From assembly GCF_001194135.2 (NCBI RefSeq), contig NC_068982.1, positions 96,590,734 to 96,654,733 on the forward strand: 64,000 nucleotides of DNA, read 5' to 3'. Below, in pieces: positions 25,110-36,920 of this stretch. Position 1 is the stretch's first letter. Each line of letters opens with the position of its first letter. Both the position numbers and the translations under genes were made by a program. This DNA is from Octopus bimaculoides. Lineage: Eukaryota. The notes under the pieces are model-generated. The model saw only the letters and a program-made list of their open reading frames with translations. It was not told where the DNA came from and ran no database searches.

Positions 25110-25222
25110 GCAATCAATCGTTGTTTGGTCTCAAAGAACTGAAAGTATTTGTTTGGCAAATTTTATATGGAACTTGCCAAACAAATACTTTCAGTTCTTT
25201 GAGACCAAAGACGATTGATTGC
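25110..25222. mobile_element. Foldback MITE (about 50-bp arms, 14-nt loop) with 9-10 bp TSD
   Basis: Arms 25110-25159 and 25174-25222, inner 36 bp perfect. TCTAATTTT flanks both sides (25100-25108, 25223-25231). Confidence 0.75.
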
Positions 25223-25921
25223 TCTAATTTTTTTTTTTTTTTTTTTTGATGTGACAACGCATAGCCAAACGTGGACATTTACTCTTGTCTTCAAATTTTA
25301 CTGGAAATTTCTAAGAAAAATTTTACTAGAAATTTCAAGAAAATTTTACTGGAAATTTCAAGAAAAAGAGGAAAAAAAAACAAACCTATACTGGTACAAC
25401 ACCAATTTTCCAGACATAGTTGATCTAGAATCTCTTATAATCCACACTAATTTATACTATTGTATCCATACTTCATTTAACTATCTAAGTAAATTTAATA
25501 TTTCTTTAATTTAGAATGTTGTGACTAAAGTGATCACCTCTGGTTTGGAAAAATCAGCAATCTAGAAAGGCTTTGAAACCAAAATTTCCACAAAATCAAT
25601 GTTATAACTGTATTGTGTTTCTCGTCAACAGTGACATTACTGTACTTATAACTTTACTGATCCCAATCATTATCTTTCGAGAATCCATACAAAATCTCAC
25701 ATTTTATGTTTAGTATATCTTAAAAGTTACAGTACATAGGTGCAGGAGTGGCTGTGTGGTAAGTAGCTTGCTTACCAACCACATGGATCCAGGTTCATTC
25801 CCACTACGTTGCACCTTGGGCAAGTGTTTTCTACTATGGCCTCGGGCCGACCAAAGCCTTGTGAGTGGATTTGGTAGACGGAAACTGAAAGAAGCCCGTC
25901 GTATATATGTACATATATATA

Positions 25922-26397
25922 NNNNNNNNNNNNNNNNNNNNNNNNNNNNNNNNNNNNNNNNNNNNNNNNNNNNNNNNNNNNNNNNNNNNNNNNNNNNNNN
26001 NNNNNNNNNNNNNNNNNNNNNNNNNNNNNNNNNNNNNNNNNNNNNNNNNNNNNNNNNNNNNNNNNNNNNNNNNNNNNNNNNNNNNNNNNNNNNNNNNNNN
26101 NNNNNNNNNNNNNNNNNNNNNNNNNNNNNNNNNNNNNNNNNNNNNNNNNNNNNNNNNNNNNNNNNNNNNNNNNNNNNNNNNNNNNNNNNNNNNNNNNNNN
26201 NNNNNNNNNNNNNNNNNNNNNNNNNNNNNNNNNNNNNNNNNNNNNNNNNNNNNNNNNNNNNNNNNNNNNNNNNNNNNNNNNNNNNNNNNNNNNNNNNNNN
26301 NNNNNNNNNNNNNNNNNNNNNNNNNNNNNNNNNNNNNNNNNNNNNNNNNNNNNNNNNNNNNNNNNNNNNNNNNNNNNNNNNNNNNNNNNNNNNNNNN
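25922..26397. other. Assembly gap (476 N)
   Basis: N run following the (AT)n tail of a SINE. Confidence 1.
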
Positions 26398-26563
26398 GTC
26401 CAATGAAGGAAGGAAGGTACACATAAGTGGACTGGCTGAGGCCTTAGATTTAGGTCTCACTCGGCTTGCTGGGTCTTCTCACACACAGCATATTTCCAAT
26501 TGGCAGAGTTTCTACAGCTGGATGCCCTTCCTAACGCCGACCACTCGGAGAGTGTAGTGGGTG

Positions 26564-26599
<36 letters not shown>

Positions 26600-28552
26600 A
26601 TGTTTGTGTGTCTGTGTTTGTCCCCCCAACATCGCTTGACAACCGATGGTGGTGTGTTTACATCCCCCGTAAATTAGCGGTTCGGCAAAAGAGACCAATA
26701 GAATAAGAATTAGGCTTCCAAAGAATAAGTTCTGGGGTTGATTTGCTCGACTAAAAGCGGTACTCCAGCATAACCACAGTCAAAAGACTGAAACAAGTAA
26801 AAAAGAAAAGAGTACCCATAATGAAAAAATACATGAAATAAAATGTGTAAAAGTTGACAATAGAAAAGCTTTATGTAGTTACTTGATCTTCTGGAAATGG
26901 TTACTAAATTTCCTCACTTTGTGCCCAACTATCTTAAAATAGGAGGGAGACATTAGGCAATTTAATCCTAGATAAGGAAAAAGATGGCTGGGTCAATGCT
27001 TTTATCATAGGTCTGCTCTGCAACAATATATTCAATATATGTTGCTGTGTCTAAGTGGGGTAATTCTGTGAAAAGCTTTTAATGTGTAGTGAATGAAGTC
27101 GTTCACCAGGTTAAATGTTTTACAGCTTTCTGAGTTGGAATTCTGTTTGAGTTAGATTTATTCTTACACATAGAAATGATATTCAGACTTACACACACAC
27201 ATTTAAACCTTGTCAGTGGATATGGTACACACATTCACATATCTATGTTAGAGAGTTCAGTCCAGCCCTCTGATGTTAGATCCTGTCAAATTGTCCAACC
27301 TATGCCAACAAGGAAACCTCATGTTAAACGATAATGATGATCATGAATGTTTGTTAATTTTGTCTTTAGTTTTCAATTAAAACAATAGAAATATTTTTTA
27401 AAGTCTAATTTCTCAAACAACCTTTTTTTTTACCCTGCTTCACAAAAAGTGAACAAATCATATTGCTTAGTTGTACTGACAAAAAATTAATTTTAGGCTC
27501 CACCTGAATCAGGTTATCATCATATACAAATTGTTTGCTACTATACTGATTACAAGGGAATGGCTCACACTCATAATTTAAAAGGAACTACAACATAGAG
27601 TGGGTGTATGCTCTCGCTGCCTTGACGGGCTGAATCATTAAAAAGCAGAGATTATGTTCATATGGGATGGATGGAATTTGTTGAAGTGGATTTTCTATGT
27701 CCAGTTGCCTTTACTATTGTTAACCATCACCTGATTCCAAGCAAGGTAATTTTTTCCCCCCATGACCAGACATGTTTTCACGGAAGATTGAAACTGAAGG
27801 GTCCTGCTTGCATGACAGTGGTACTCATTTACAACTATTATGCAATGTCAAGGCAAAGCAACAGAAACACACATGCACACAAGTAAGCACAAAAATGCAA
27901 AACAAGGTTGAAAAAATTAGTACTCGAATACTGAAAATAGAGTAATATGCTTTTTATTAAAGCTGAAAAAAATTTTCACAAACTGTTACTCAGTGTTTCG
28001 CATTACTGTTTGTCAGACAGTCTAATCACAATTGTCCGATGAACAGTAACATGTAACTCTGAGTAATAGTTTGTGATGATTTTTTTTTTACTTTAATAAA
28101 ATATATACATACACAATAGGCTTCTTTCAGTCCACCAAATCCACTCACAAGGGTTTAATCCACTTGGGACTATGGTAAAAGATGTCATGCAGTATGACTG
28201 AACCAAAACCAAGTGGTTAGGAAGCAAACTTCTTACCACACAGCCACACCTATAAGGTTAATATGATTACATACCTGGATCTGCAGGCGTCATGTATGCA
28301 TCCTTATTGGTTGACTGTAATTAACAACAGATTGAAAAGAAAATGTGTTCCCAATCTACTATTGTATACAGTTAATTATAAAGTTGATTGCATGAATCCT
28401 TTAGGTTTAGATTCTATTTGCTTTGCATATTATAAACATAGATGTCAGTATAAATATATTAGCAAATTCTTTATTCAATACTGTAAATGTTTTCTACTAA
28501 AATCTACAGGTTACTATGTTACTATATAAACTTCTACTAATTCTTACTTTAG

Positions 28553-28701
28553 AACATGGAGAGCTGCTATTCCTTCAATTACCAGATGTGTTACCAGGAG
28601 TTCCACCCAACCTAGAAGATATGCTTAATGTAAAAATGGAACCTGGATTACAAGCATCTGACCAAAACAAAACCAACTCACAAAGTACATCTGAAGAAGA
28701 A
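28553..28701 (+). CDS. POLR3D: RPC4 coding exon 7 (EHGELLFLQLPDVLPGVPP..)
   Basis: ctttag| acceptor, GAA|gtatgt donor. Hallmark ELLFLQLPD-LPG motif. Confidence 0.95.
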
Positions 28702-29269
28702 GTATGTTGTTTGCTTTTATTTTATTTTCATTTTGTTAATTGATCAGGGTAAAGACAATACACTTGAGGTTTGCAAATCACTCTCAGATTGGTGAGTTGA
28801 ATGTAGTGGCTATCTGCAAGAAAAATGAATGTTGAGAGAATTTTAGAAGAATGTAACTGTTGAGAGAATAACAGTGAAATATTTAGATCTTGGGAATAAA
28901 ACATATTAGGCATGAAATCAAGTAGAGTTGGGTGCATCAATTGGGTTTGGTTAGAAAGTGTATAAACTTGCTTAAAGCCAAAGTCATTGTAGTTGGAGTA
29001 ATAGAGACAGTTTGGGAAAACAGCACATGTAGCAAGTAGAGTCTGTAGTATATGGGGGATTGTCAATCAGCAGTTGGCTTTCTTTTGATTATAGTCAACA
29101 TTTATGAGTATAGAAGTAGCACTATTCCATATATGTAAACAGTACTTTAATGTGGACTTTATTTGAGTTTTGTAAGTGGATCATCACAAAGTCATGAAGT
29201 ATTTTTTATTCTTGAAAAGAAAGTCTTATGTTCAGAATTCAGTTTTGGCTGTGTTATACATGATGTTGC

Positions 29270-29370
29270 CATGAGAGGTCATCAGAGATTGTAAGGCCTA
29301 GCACTTGTATTAACTGTGAATGCAGCAGCAATCATGAAATGTTCAAGTGCCCTCAATATGTTATGAGGTT
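29270..29370 (+). mobile_element. Possible LINE ORF1 zinc-knuckle remnant
   Basis: GHQ..DCKA..TCINCECSSNHEMFKCPQY with one frameshift, resembling I/Jockey-type ORF1. Short and decayed. Confidence 0.3.
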
Positions 29371-31095
29371 TAGATGGACAACATACAACAGTCAAACTTT
29401 GTAACCAAAGTAAGGTGATATACTTTGTTGGGGGCACCATTTAATGTCCATTTTCCATGCTGGTATGGGTTGAATGGTTTGGCAGAAGCTAGCAAGTTAT
29501 GGCTGGATGCCTTTCCATTAGTTATGGATTTCCAATGAGTCAATTACTAGATCATTACATTTGCAATGGCAAGATTGTCTATGCAACGGGTGGAATAAAT
29601 ATCGCAAAAGAAGCAATTTATTAGTTTTCTTGTTGATGTTTGTATCTTTTGTGGATTTACTTTACTGAAAGACGCACATATATGATGGGTTTCAACACAG
29701 ATTTTGTCTCCCAATACCACTCACAAGGTTGTTGTAGAAGGCACTTCCTCAAGGTGCTGTGCAGTGGAATCGGACCCAGAACTATATGGCTGCAAAGTGA
29801 ACACAGCCATCATTTGAACTGTTAATGTAAACACTTGAAGTACCATTAAACTACATGACCACTGTTGCTCTAAGTGTTTACAGGTAAGTGATTGTTCCTA
29901 CAACCTTTAGAAGAATTAGGGATTTAGCTGTAGTGTCTAATTCCAATAATACAGTTAGATCCATCTCTTCTCCAATAGTCCATGGAAGGGTTTTGTCTGA
30001 TACTGCAGAGTAATGAAGTACTTATCAGTTATTAGGAGCACCCATTATTTACAACAATGAGCTGAGTCTGACAGTGGCTCCTATTTATAGCAGGACAAAT
30101 GAACCAGTGAGAAATGTCTTTACTTGAGACACAGACTGATAACTATTAAACCTGAAGTTGTGTGAATAGAGGTGGATGTATGTGGGCGGGTGTGAATATA
30201 GATTTGTGTGTGTGTGTGTGTGTGTATGCAGTAGTCAGAGGATATCAGTTGCTGGAAGGTAGGAAGTCACTTCTAACAATCTGTATTTTTTTTCTTCAAT
30301 TCACTATTAACATGTGTAATGTTTCCATGAATGCACAATAACCACTTATAATCATTATTGTTCATTAAATTTAAATCAACATTTTCTACTATGTTCCCTG
30401 TGTACCACTTTTTTTTTTTTCAATTCAGTTGTGTTCTCATTATTAATTTTATTATTACTATGAAAGCAATAGAGCATCTACTTAATATATAACAGCATTT
30501 AGTTTCATTCCTCTATGTGCTGAGTTCAAATCCTACCTGAATTTGTTGTAACTTTTTTATCTATTTAGGGTCAATAAAATAAAAATCAGTCATGTACTAG
30601 AACTGATTTAATCAACTTAGACCAACTCCCTATATATATGTGGCCTCGTTTAAGAAATTATTATTTCTCTTGTTGTTTCTTGTAAAAAATTTTATCTATA
30701 AAGCAGAACATATTGATTTTGAATATAGGCATATGAACTTAGACAATTATATTGAGTGTCATAATGACTGGTACATATTTTATTGATCTCAGAAAGATGA
30801 AAAGTAAGTCAACCTCTGCAGGATTTGAAATAAGAATATAAAGGGTTTCAACAAAATACTGCAAAACATTCTGTCTGATGTTCTGCCAATTCTTTATATA
30901 AATAATCTATATGGGTTCATCATCATCATTTTTTAATGCCTTTTTTCCATCCTGGCATGGGTTAGACTATCTTATTAATATCTTCTAAGATGAAATTTTG
31001 CTTCTTTGCATAGTTGATTTAGCATAAATGGTTTTCAGAATCCAAACACAACCTCTCTATATTCATTAGTTTTACTTCTTCCCTATGCAGTTTTA

Positions 31096-32335
31096 TGAGG
31101 GGTGTTCATTAAAGATTTCCCCTTACCCACTTCCCAAGGACTGAGATAAATGAAACTTGGCATGATTATTAGTCTTTCTCTACATAGCCACCACCAATGA
31201 CGACACACTTCTCCCATCACTTTATGCTGCTGTGAAGACTTCATCTGTAGAAGTTAACAGATTGTGTCTGGAGCCAAGACTTTTACTTTGGAAATAAGTT
31301 CATCATCGTCTGAAAAGTGCTTCCCCTTCAAGAAAGACTTCATAGTTGGAAAGAGGTGGAGGTTAGATGGTGCAAGGTTGGGAGGATAAGGGGGATGAGG
31401 AAATATTTCATAGCCTCAGGAGTGTGCTTTCATCTGGGCAACATGTGCATTGTGAACTGGGGCATTGTCTTGGAGAAGGCAGACTTCCTTGGTCAGCATG
31501 CCACACCTCTCTTCTTTGATGGCATACCGCAATTTCTGTGGTGCCCTTTGCTAGAAAATCCATTATCACTACTCTGTGCTGGTCCCAAAAGACTGTTGCC
31601 TGCTGAGGGTTGGACACAAGCCTTCTTTGGAGGTGGTGAATTATCATGCTTCCTTCCATTGCTTTGACTGGACTTTAGTCTCAGGATCATAGTGATGGAC
31701 CCATGTTTCATCCCGTGTGATAAGTCTGCCGAAAAAGTCCTTGTTTTCTTGGCACATTGCCAAAAGAGCCTGGGAGCAATTAACTCACACCTGCTTCTGT
31801 AAAGGTGTGAGCATCTGGGGAATCCATCAGGCAGATAACTTCTGCATGTGCAAATGATCACGAGTGATTTTTTTTTCCATGGCTCCTACACTTATCTTCA
31901 CTCCTTGGGTCGGTTATGTGGCAATCCTCCAAAATGGAAGCTTCCACTTTATGGATGGTGTTGTCATCAGTGGCAGAATATGGTCATCCAGGAATAGGAG
32001 CAGTTTCCACTGATGTCCGACCACATTTGAACTGGCGATGCCAGTGCTTGACTATGTCGTATGATGGTGCATCATTACCAAAAACTTTCATCTCATTGAA
32101 AGTCTCTTTTGGTATATGACCTTTCAAGTATAAGAACCTGATCATTGATCTGCATATAACTGTCTCCATTATAACACCTTAATCCACTTCAGCAGCCATA
32201 AAAGGCAAACAAATACTAGTGGAAAGCTGCAATTTACAATGTGACATGTAGAGACATGTATGATTATACCTGTACAAGTTCTGTTATCTGCAATAACTGG
32301 AATTGGGCCAGGAAATTTTTAATAAACACCCCTTG
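31096..32335 (-). mobile_element. Near full-length mariner transposon, transposase pseudogene
   Basis: TA at 31094-31095 and 32336-32337, 25-bp TIRs 21/25 identical. ATG at 32169 gives a mariner N-terminal HTH (RSMIRFLYLKG..APSYDIVKHWHRQFKCGRTSVE); later frameshifted DDE segments. Confidence 0.92.
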
Positions 32336-33718
32336 TACACTACAAGAAATTACTTTCTAGTAGTCCATCTTGTTCTGACCAAGCTGGTGCAAGGATCATC
32401 AGTGCATTGTTGTGTATTTTTACTGAATTATTTCCAGTAAATATTTTTTATTTAGGGAACCTGTGGAAGAGGTTGGCCCAGGAAGACCTGGGATGAGGTG
32501 GTGAGGCACGACCTTTGAACATTGGGCCTCACCTAGGCGATGACTTCTGACCGAGACCTTTGGAAATATGCTGTGCGTGAGAAGACTTGGCAAGCCAAGT
32601 GAGACCTAAATCTAAGGCCTCAGCCAGTCCACTTATGCGTACCTTCCTTCATTGGACACTAAACTCCACTTGCGAAGACCTGTTGAGGCAAGTGAAATCG
32701 AAATCGAGTTAAATTCGACGACTGGCACCCATGCCAACGTCGTCTCCTTCATTGGACACGAAACTCAGCTTGCGAAGACTTATTGGGGCAAGTGAAAGCG
32801 AAATTGTGATGGCACCTGTGCCCAGCATCGCCTTTCTGGCACTTATGCCCACGGCATGTATCAGGACTTTCGAGCGAGATCGTTGCCAGTGTTCCTGGAC
32901 TGGCTCTTGTGTGGGTGGCACATAAAATACACCATTTTGAGCGTGGCCGTTGCCAGTTCTGCCTGACTGGCCTTCGTGCGGGTGGCACATAAAAGCACCC
33001 ACTACACTGTGAGTGGTTGGCGTCATGAAGGGCATCCAGCTGTAGAAACTCTGCCAAATCAGATTGGAGCCTGGTGTAGCCATCTGGTTTCGCCAGTCCT
33101 CAGTCAAATCGTCCAACCCATGCTAGCATGGAAAGCAGACGTTAAACGACGACGATAAACGACAATGATGCCAGTTAGTTTAACTATAAATCAACAATGG
33201 ATCTTGGTCTGCTAGAAATAGCAGTCAAATCTTCAAATCACATCCTATCAACTTCAGAAAAAAAAGGAGAACACAAGGGATAATACAGATCACCTTTTTA
33301 TCATTTTTTTTTTTTTTTTTCTTTCCATGTACAGAGTATCTAAATATCTCCTTCTGTAGGTCTGCTTGAAAAAGGCTCACCTGGAGCTAAACAACAACAC
33401 TTTTTTTTCTTTGTGCTATGTTCTTCTTTGCATTGTTTATTGTCACTCCATACAATCTGATTTCTTATCTTTTCTGGTTCTAAACACTGTTTCTTCTTTG
33501 ATTTTCACAGAACAACATTCCTTTGTATTCTCTTTCCTTTTTGCAGTTATATATCTATATATCATTATCATTTAACATAACATTCTTACATTTGTTTCCT
33601 TCCATGATGCTGTTATTCTGTCTATATTCTTCCTTGTTCTGCTTAACCTTATTGGAGGCCAAAATTATTTCCCTATCCTAATATTTAAGTTTGTTTTTAT
33701 TTTAAAAATTATTTTCAG

Positions 33719-33874
33719 GTGACTGTTCCCAAAAACCCAAATATTAGCTCATTAAAAGATTTTTCTGAAGGCTATGTTGGTAAACTTCAAACTCGGAAGT
33801 CTGGCAAGGTTCAGCTTCTGTTGGGTAATGTAACCCTGGATATATCGATGGGCACTCCTTGTGGTTTTCTTCAG
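33719..33874 (+). CDS. POLR3D: RPC4 coding exon 8 (EGYVGKLQTRKSGKVQLLLGNVTLDISMGTPCGFLQ)
   Basis: ttttcag| acceptor, CAG|gtaatg donor. Core of the RPC4 C-terminal domain (human EGQVGKLLIRKSGRVQLLLGKVTLDVTMGTACSFLQ). Confidence 0.96.
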
Positions 33875-35684
33875 GTAATGAGATTATTGATTGGATTTAT
33901 TTACTATACTATTTACAAACACTATTATTTACAGTTAGTTTGGTTAGACTGATGATACTTCTCAATAAAAATCCATCCATCTTATCCATTTTCTCCACCC
34001 ACTATTCCTGGGAAGATTGTTGGGGTAGAATTCTCAAGCATCTCCTCCATAGGATTCAGCTGTCATTACCCTTTCTGGCTGGATTCCCAATGCGATCAAC
34101 TGAGACTATGGATATTATTCAACCAGCACATTCACCTCTAAGTCTCCTGTTGGTTGACTCAACTATCCTGCTGGTTGGCTTGGCTTCGGTTAGAATCACT
34201 TCTAAATATTCTGACAAACAAAGGCAGCAAGCTGGCAGAATCATTAGCATGCCAGAAAAAAATGCTTAGTGACATTTTGTCTGGCACATGTACTGAGTTC
34301 AAATTCTTTTTGTCTTTTAGGGTCAATAAATTAATCAACAGTCGAGCACTGGGGTTGACATAATTGACTTAATCCTTCCCTTGAAATTGCTGGTCTTGTG
34401 CCAAAATTTGAAACCAATATTGTGACAAAAAAAAAAAACTCCGAAAACATTTTATTTTTAGTTCCCTTTTTCTTCTAATAAACACTCATGCATTCATCAT
34501 CATCATTTAACGTTCATTTTCCATGCTGGCATGGGTTAGATGGTTTGACCGGAACTGGTAAATTAATATTCTAGTTGAAACTTAATATACTACCGGTCTA
34601 ATAACATACAGACATTTGATGATTGTTCCAGTTACCTGTAGTTTAATAATTCTTAATTTTTTTTTATAGCCATTTTATATACTTATATAAGAAGGGTTTT
34701 TTCCCCACAAATTAAAATTGTCATAATATTTTCAACTTATATGCATGCTTCTTATTACAAAACACAAAAGTATATTGAAATGTAATTTAATTTTTTTAAA
34801 GATTAATTTATAAATTCAGTTTTATAATTTTACACTAAGTACAGATTTAAAATACATAAGATGGTAAGCAGAATTAAGTACGTACATGGGAATTGAACCC
34901 ATGCCCTTTAGTTGACTCCATGATGTGTTCACCAATGAGCATCTAGTTATCTATCTCTGTGGGATGATTTTAAACTGCACATCTTAAATTCACAAAACAC
35001 TTGTCAGTCAGTAGCATAGCAAGAGTGTGTGCCTCCCAAGACAGCCTTTGACTTCCTACTCGATTAGGACACCAACCTTCCACTGGCTTATACTGCAGGC
35101 ACAGAAGTGTCACCCTCATTAGAGTATTGCCTGGGAAAAACGACTCTCTCACTTTCACTCTCTAATTATACTACTGTTGTCAATTATACAATTGCTCTCT
35201 ACTGCTAACATTAGTGTTAAAATCTACAGTACTTATATTTATAGATTGAGCTGTTGAAAACTAATCATCTTTATCCCAAACACTTGTAACAGGAAGTGAA
35301 CCAACACTAGCTGCTAAGCCAACTTTTTAACAGTTTACTCAGTGTTATCATGCTTAATATGTGTAGTGAGAGGGAAAAAATGTAATTAATAGCATATATG
35401 TAATGAAACTCAATCAGTAGTATGAATTTAATAATTTTCACAAGTACATGTGAAAACTCTGGACATGTTTTGGTCCTATTAGACCTCCTTAGTGAAACAT
35501 AACTTTTAACATACCTTCTAAATTAGCAATAAGAGAATCACGCTGATGTACAACCTGGAATCATGTGATTGGGAAGCAAGCTTCTTACCACACGGCCACA
35601 CCTGCTTTTGTTCATTTTTTTTCTTTTGTGGTGTTTCAGTTGCTCTTTTATTATTGTTTATTGTGTAATGTTTTCATTTAAATT

Positions 35685-35724
<40 letters not shown>

Positions 35725-35787
35725 ACACACATACACATACACACACACACATATATATATATATAAACCTTTCTTTTCTATTTACAG

Positions 35788-35901
35788 GACCTTGTATCAG
35801 TGAAAATTAATGGTGACAAAGGTGACCTCACAGTCCTTGGTCAGGTCAATCATAGGTTAATATGCACACCAAATTTTGATGGTTTAGTGAAGAGCAGTTA
35901 G
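35788..35901 (+). CDS. POLR3D: RPC4 last coding exon (DLVSVKINGDKGDLTVLGQVNHRLICTPNFDGLVKSS*)
   Basis: tttacag| acceptor, TAG at 35899-35901. Matches human ELVSV..GEMTVLGHVKHKLVCSPDF. The nine exons sum to 1161 nt, in frame. Confidence 0.95.
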   Translation, partial: DLVSVKINGDKGDLTVLGQVNHRLICTPNFDGLVKSS

Positions 35902-36749
35902 TTGACCTATGATAATGTTTATAGGTCTATTATCCATGGATTTTCCCAAATTGGACTTTTCAAAACCTTATACTCCAGCTTATTTGAGTCTACGAACTAA
36001 TATAAAGTTGTATTTAATATTTCCCTTACCTAAGTTGATGTAATGACATCCAAGAAAGCTGGCAGCAAACAACAAAACCAAACCATGATTATTGCTTACA
36101 GACATTTCACTACATTGTTTATGCTTTTGAGAAAAGCATAAATGTGACACACTCATTTTTCTTCACCCACTATATATTTAGGCTTTGTGCCTATGCAAAA
36201 AAAATCTGTATCAAATATTGTACTTTTTCAGTTTTGTTATTTTCTCCTATTTAAATTTGTAAAAAACAATTCATTCTTATATATTTTGTTACTTTTTCAT
36301 TGTACTTGTTTTTCTATTCTTTTCATAAATCAGAAACTCATGTGAATGTAAATATTTGCTTGTTGTTGGCTTAGTGGTTAAATTCCTGAATTACTCAAAG
36401 GCCACAGGCTCAAACTTTGCTACATGACTGCAGTTTGGGGTAGGCAAAATGTTGATGCTAGTCACTCAGTCATCATACTGTGGAATTTGAAAACATTAGT
36501 GACAGCAGTCATTATATAGAAGTAATTGTTTGATGTATTACAAGTGAGGTTGTGTGACCAATGTAAGTAAGCTATAGTCTGTTTGGGCAGCAGGAATTAT
36601 ATACTCTGCCTTTGTGACTGAATTAGCTTGGCTTAGGGTGGTATATCCAGATTATCGGTGGCTAGGGACTTGAAGTTCATTAGTAGGGCATATCTTTTGT
36701 GGCAGCAATAAGATCATTCTTCCTATTTATTGATTGATACTTTGAGCTG

Positions 36750-36920
36750 GTGGAGTATGTGCAGTGTCTCACAAAGGCACCATTCAATGACATCACTAAA
36801 CATTATACTGGTATGACAACTAATAACTTTAAAGGAAGATACACACAACACATGCACTTTCTCTGGTGTAGGAATAGAGAAAATTCCACTTTTTTGACTC
36901 ACTTCATCAAGAGACTCTGG
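36750..36920 (+). mobile_element. Penelope-like element GIY-YIG endonuclease remnant
   Basis: Reads KHYTGMTTNNFKGRYTQHMHFLWCRNRENSTFLTHFI, matching the YIG.T...FK.RY..H..SF......ST.LS pattern of PLE endonucleases. Confidence 0.65.

Noticed and set aside
34970-35160. Intronic snoRNA or ribozyme in POLR3D intron 8
   Set aside because: No C/D or H/ACA layout and no HDV-type pseudoknot could be built by eye.
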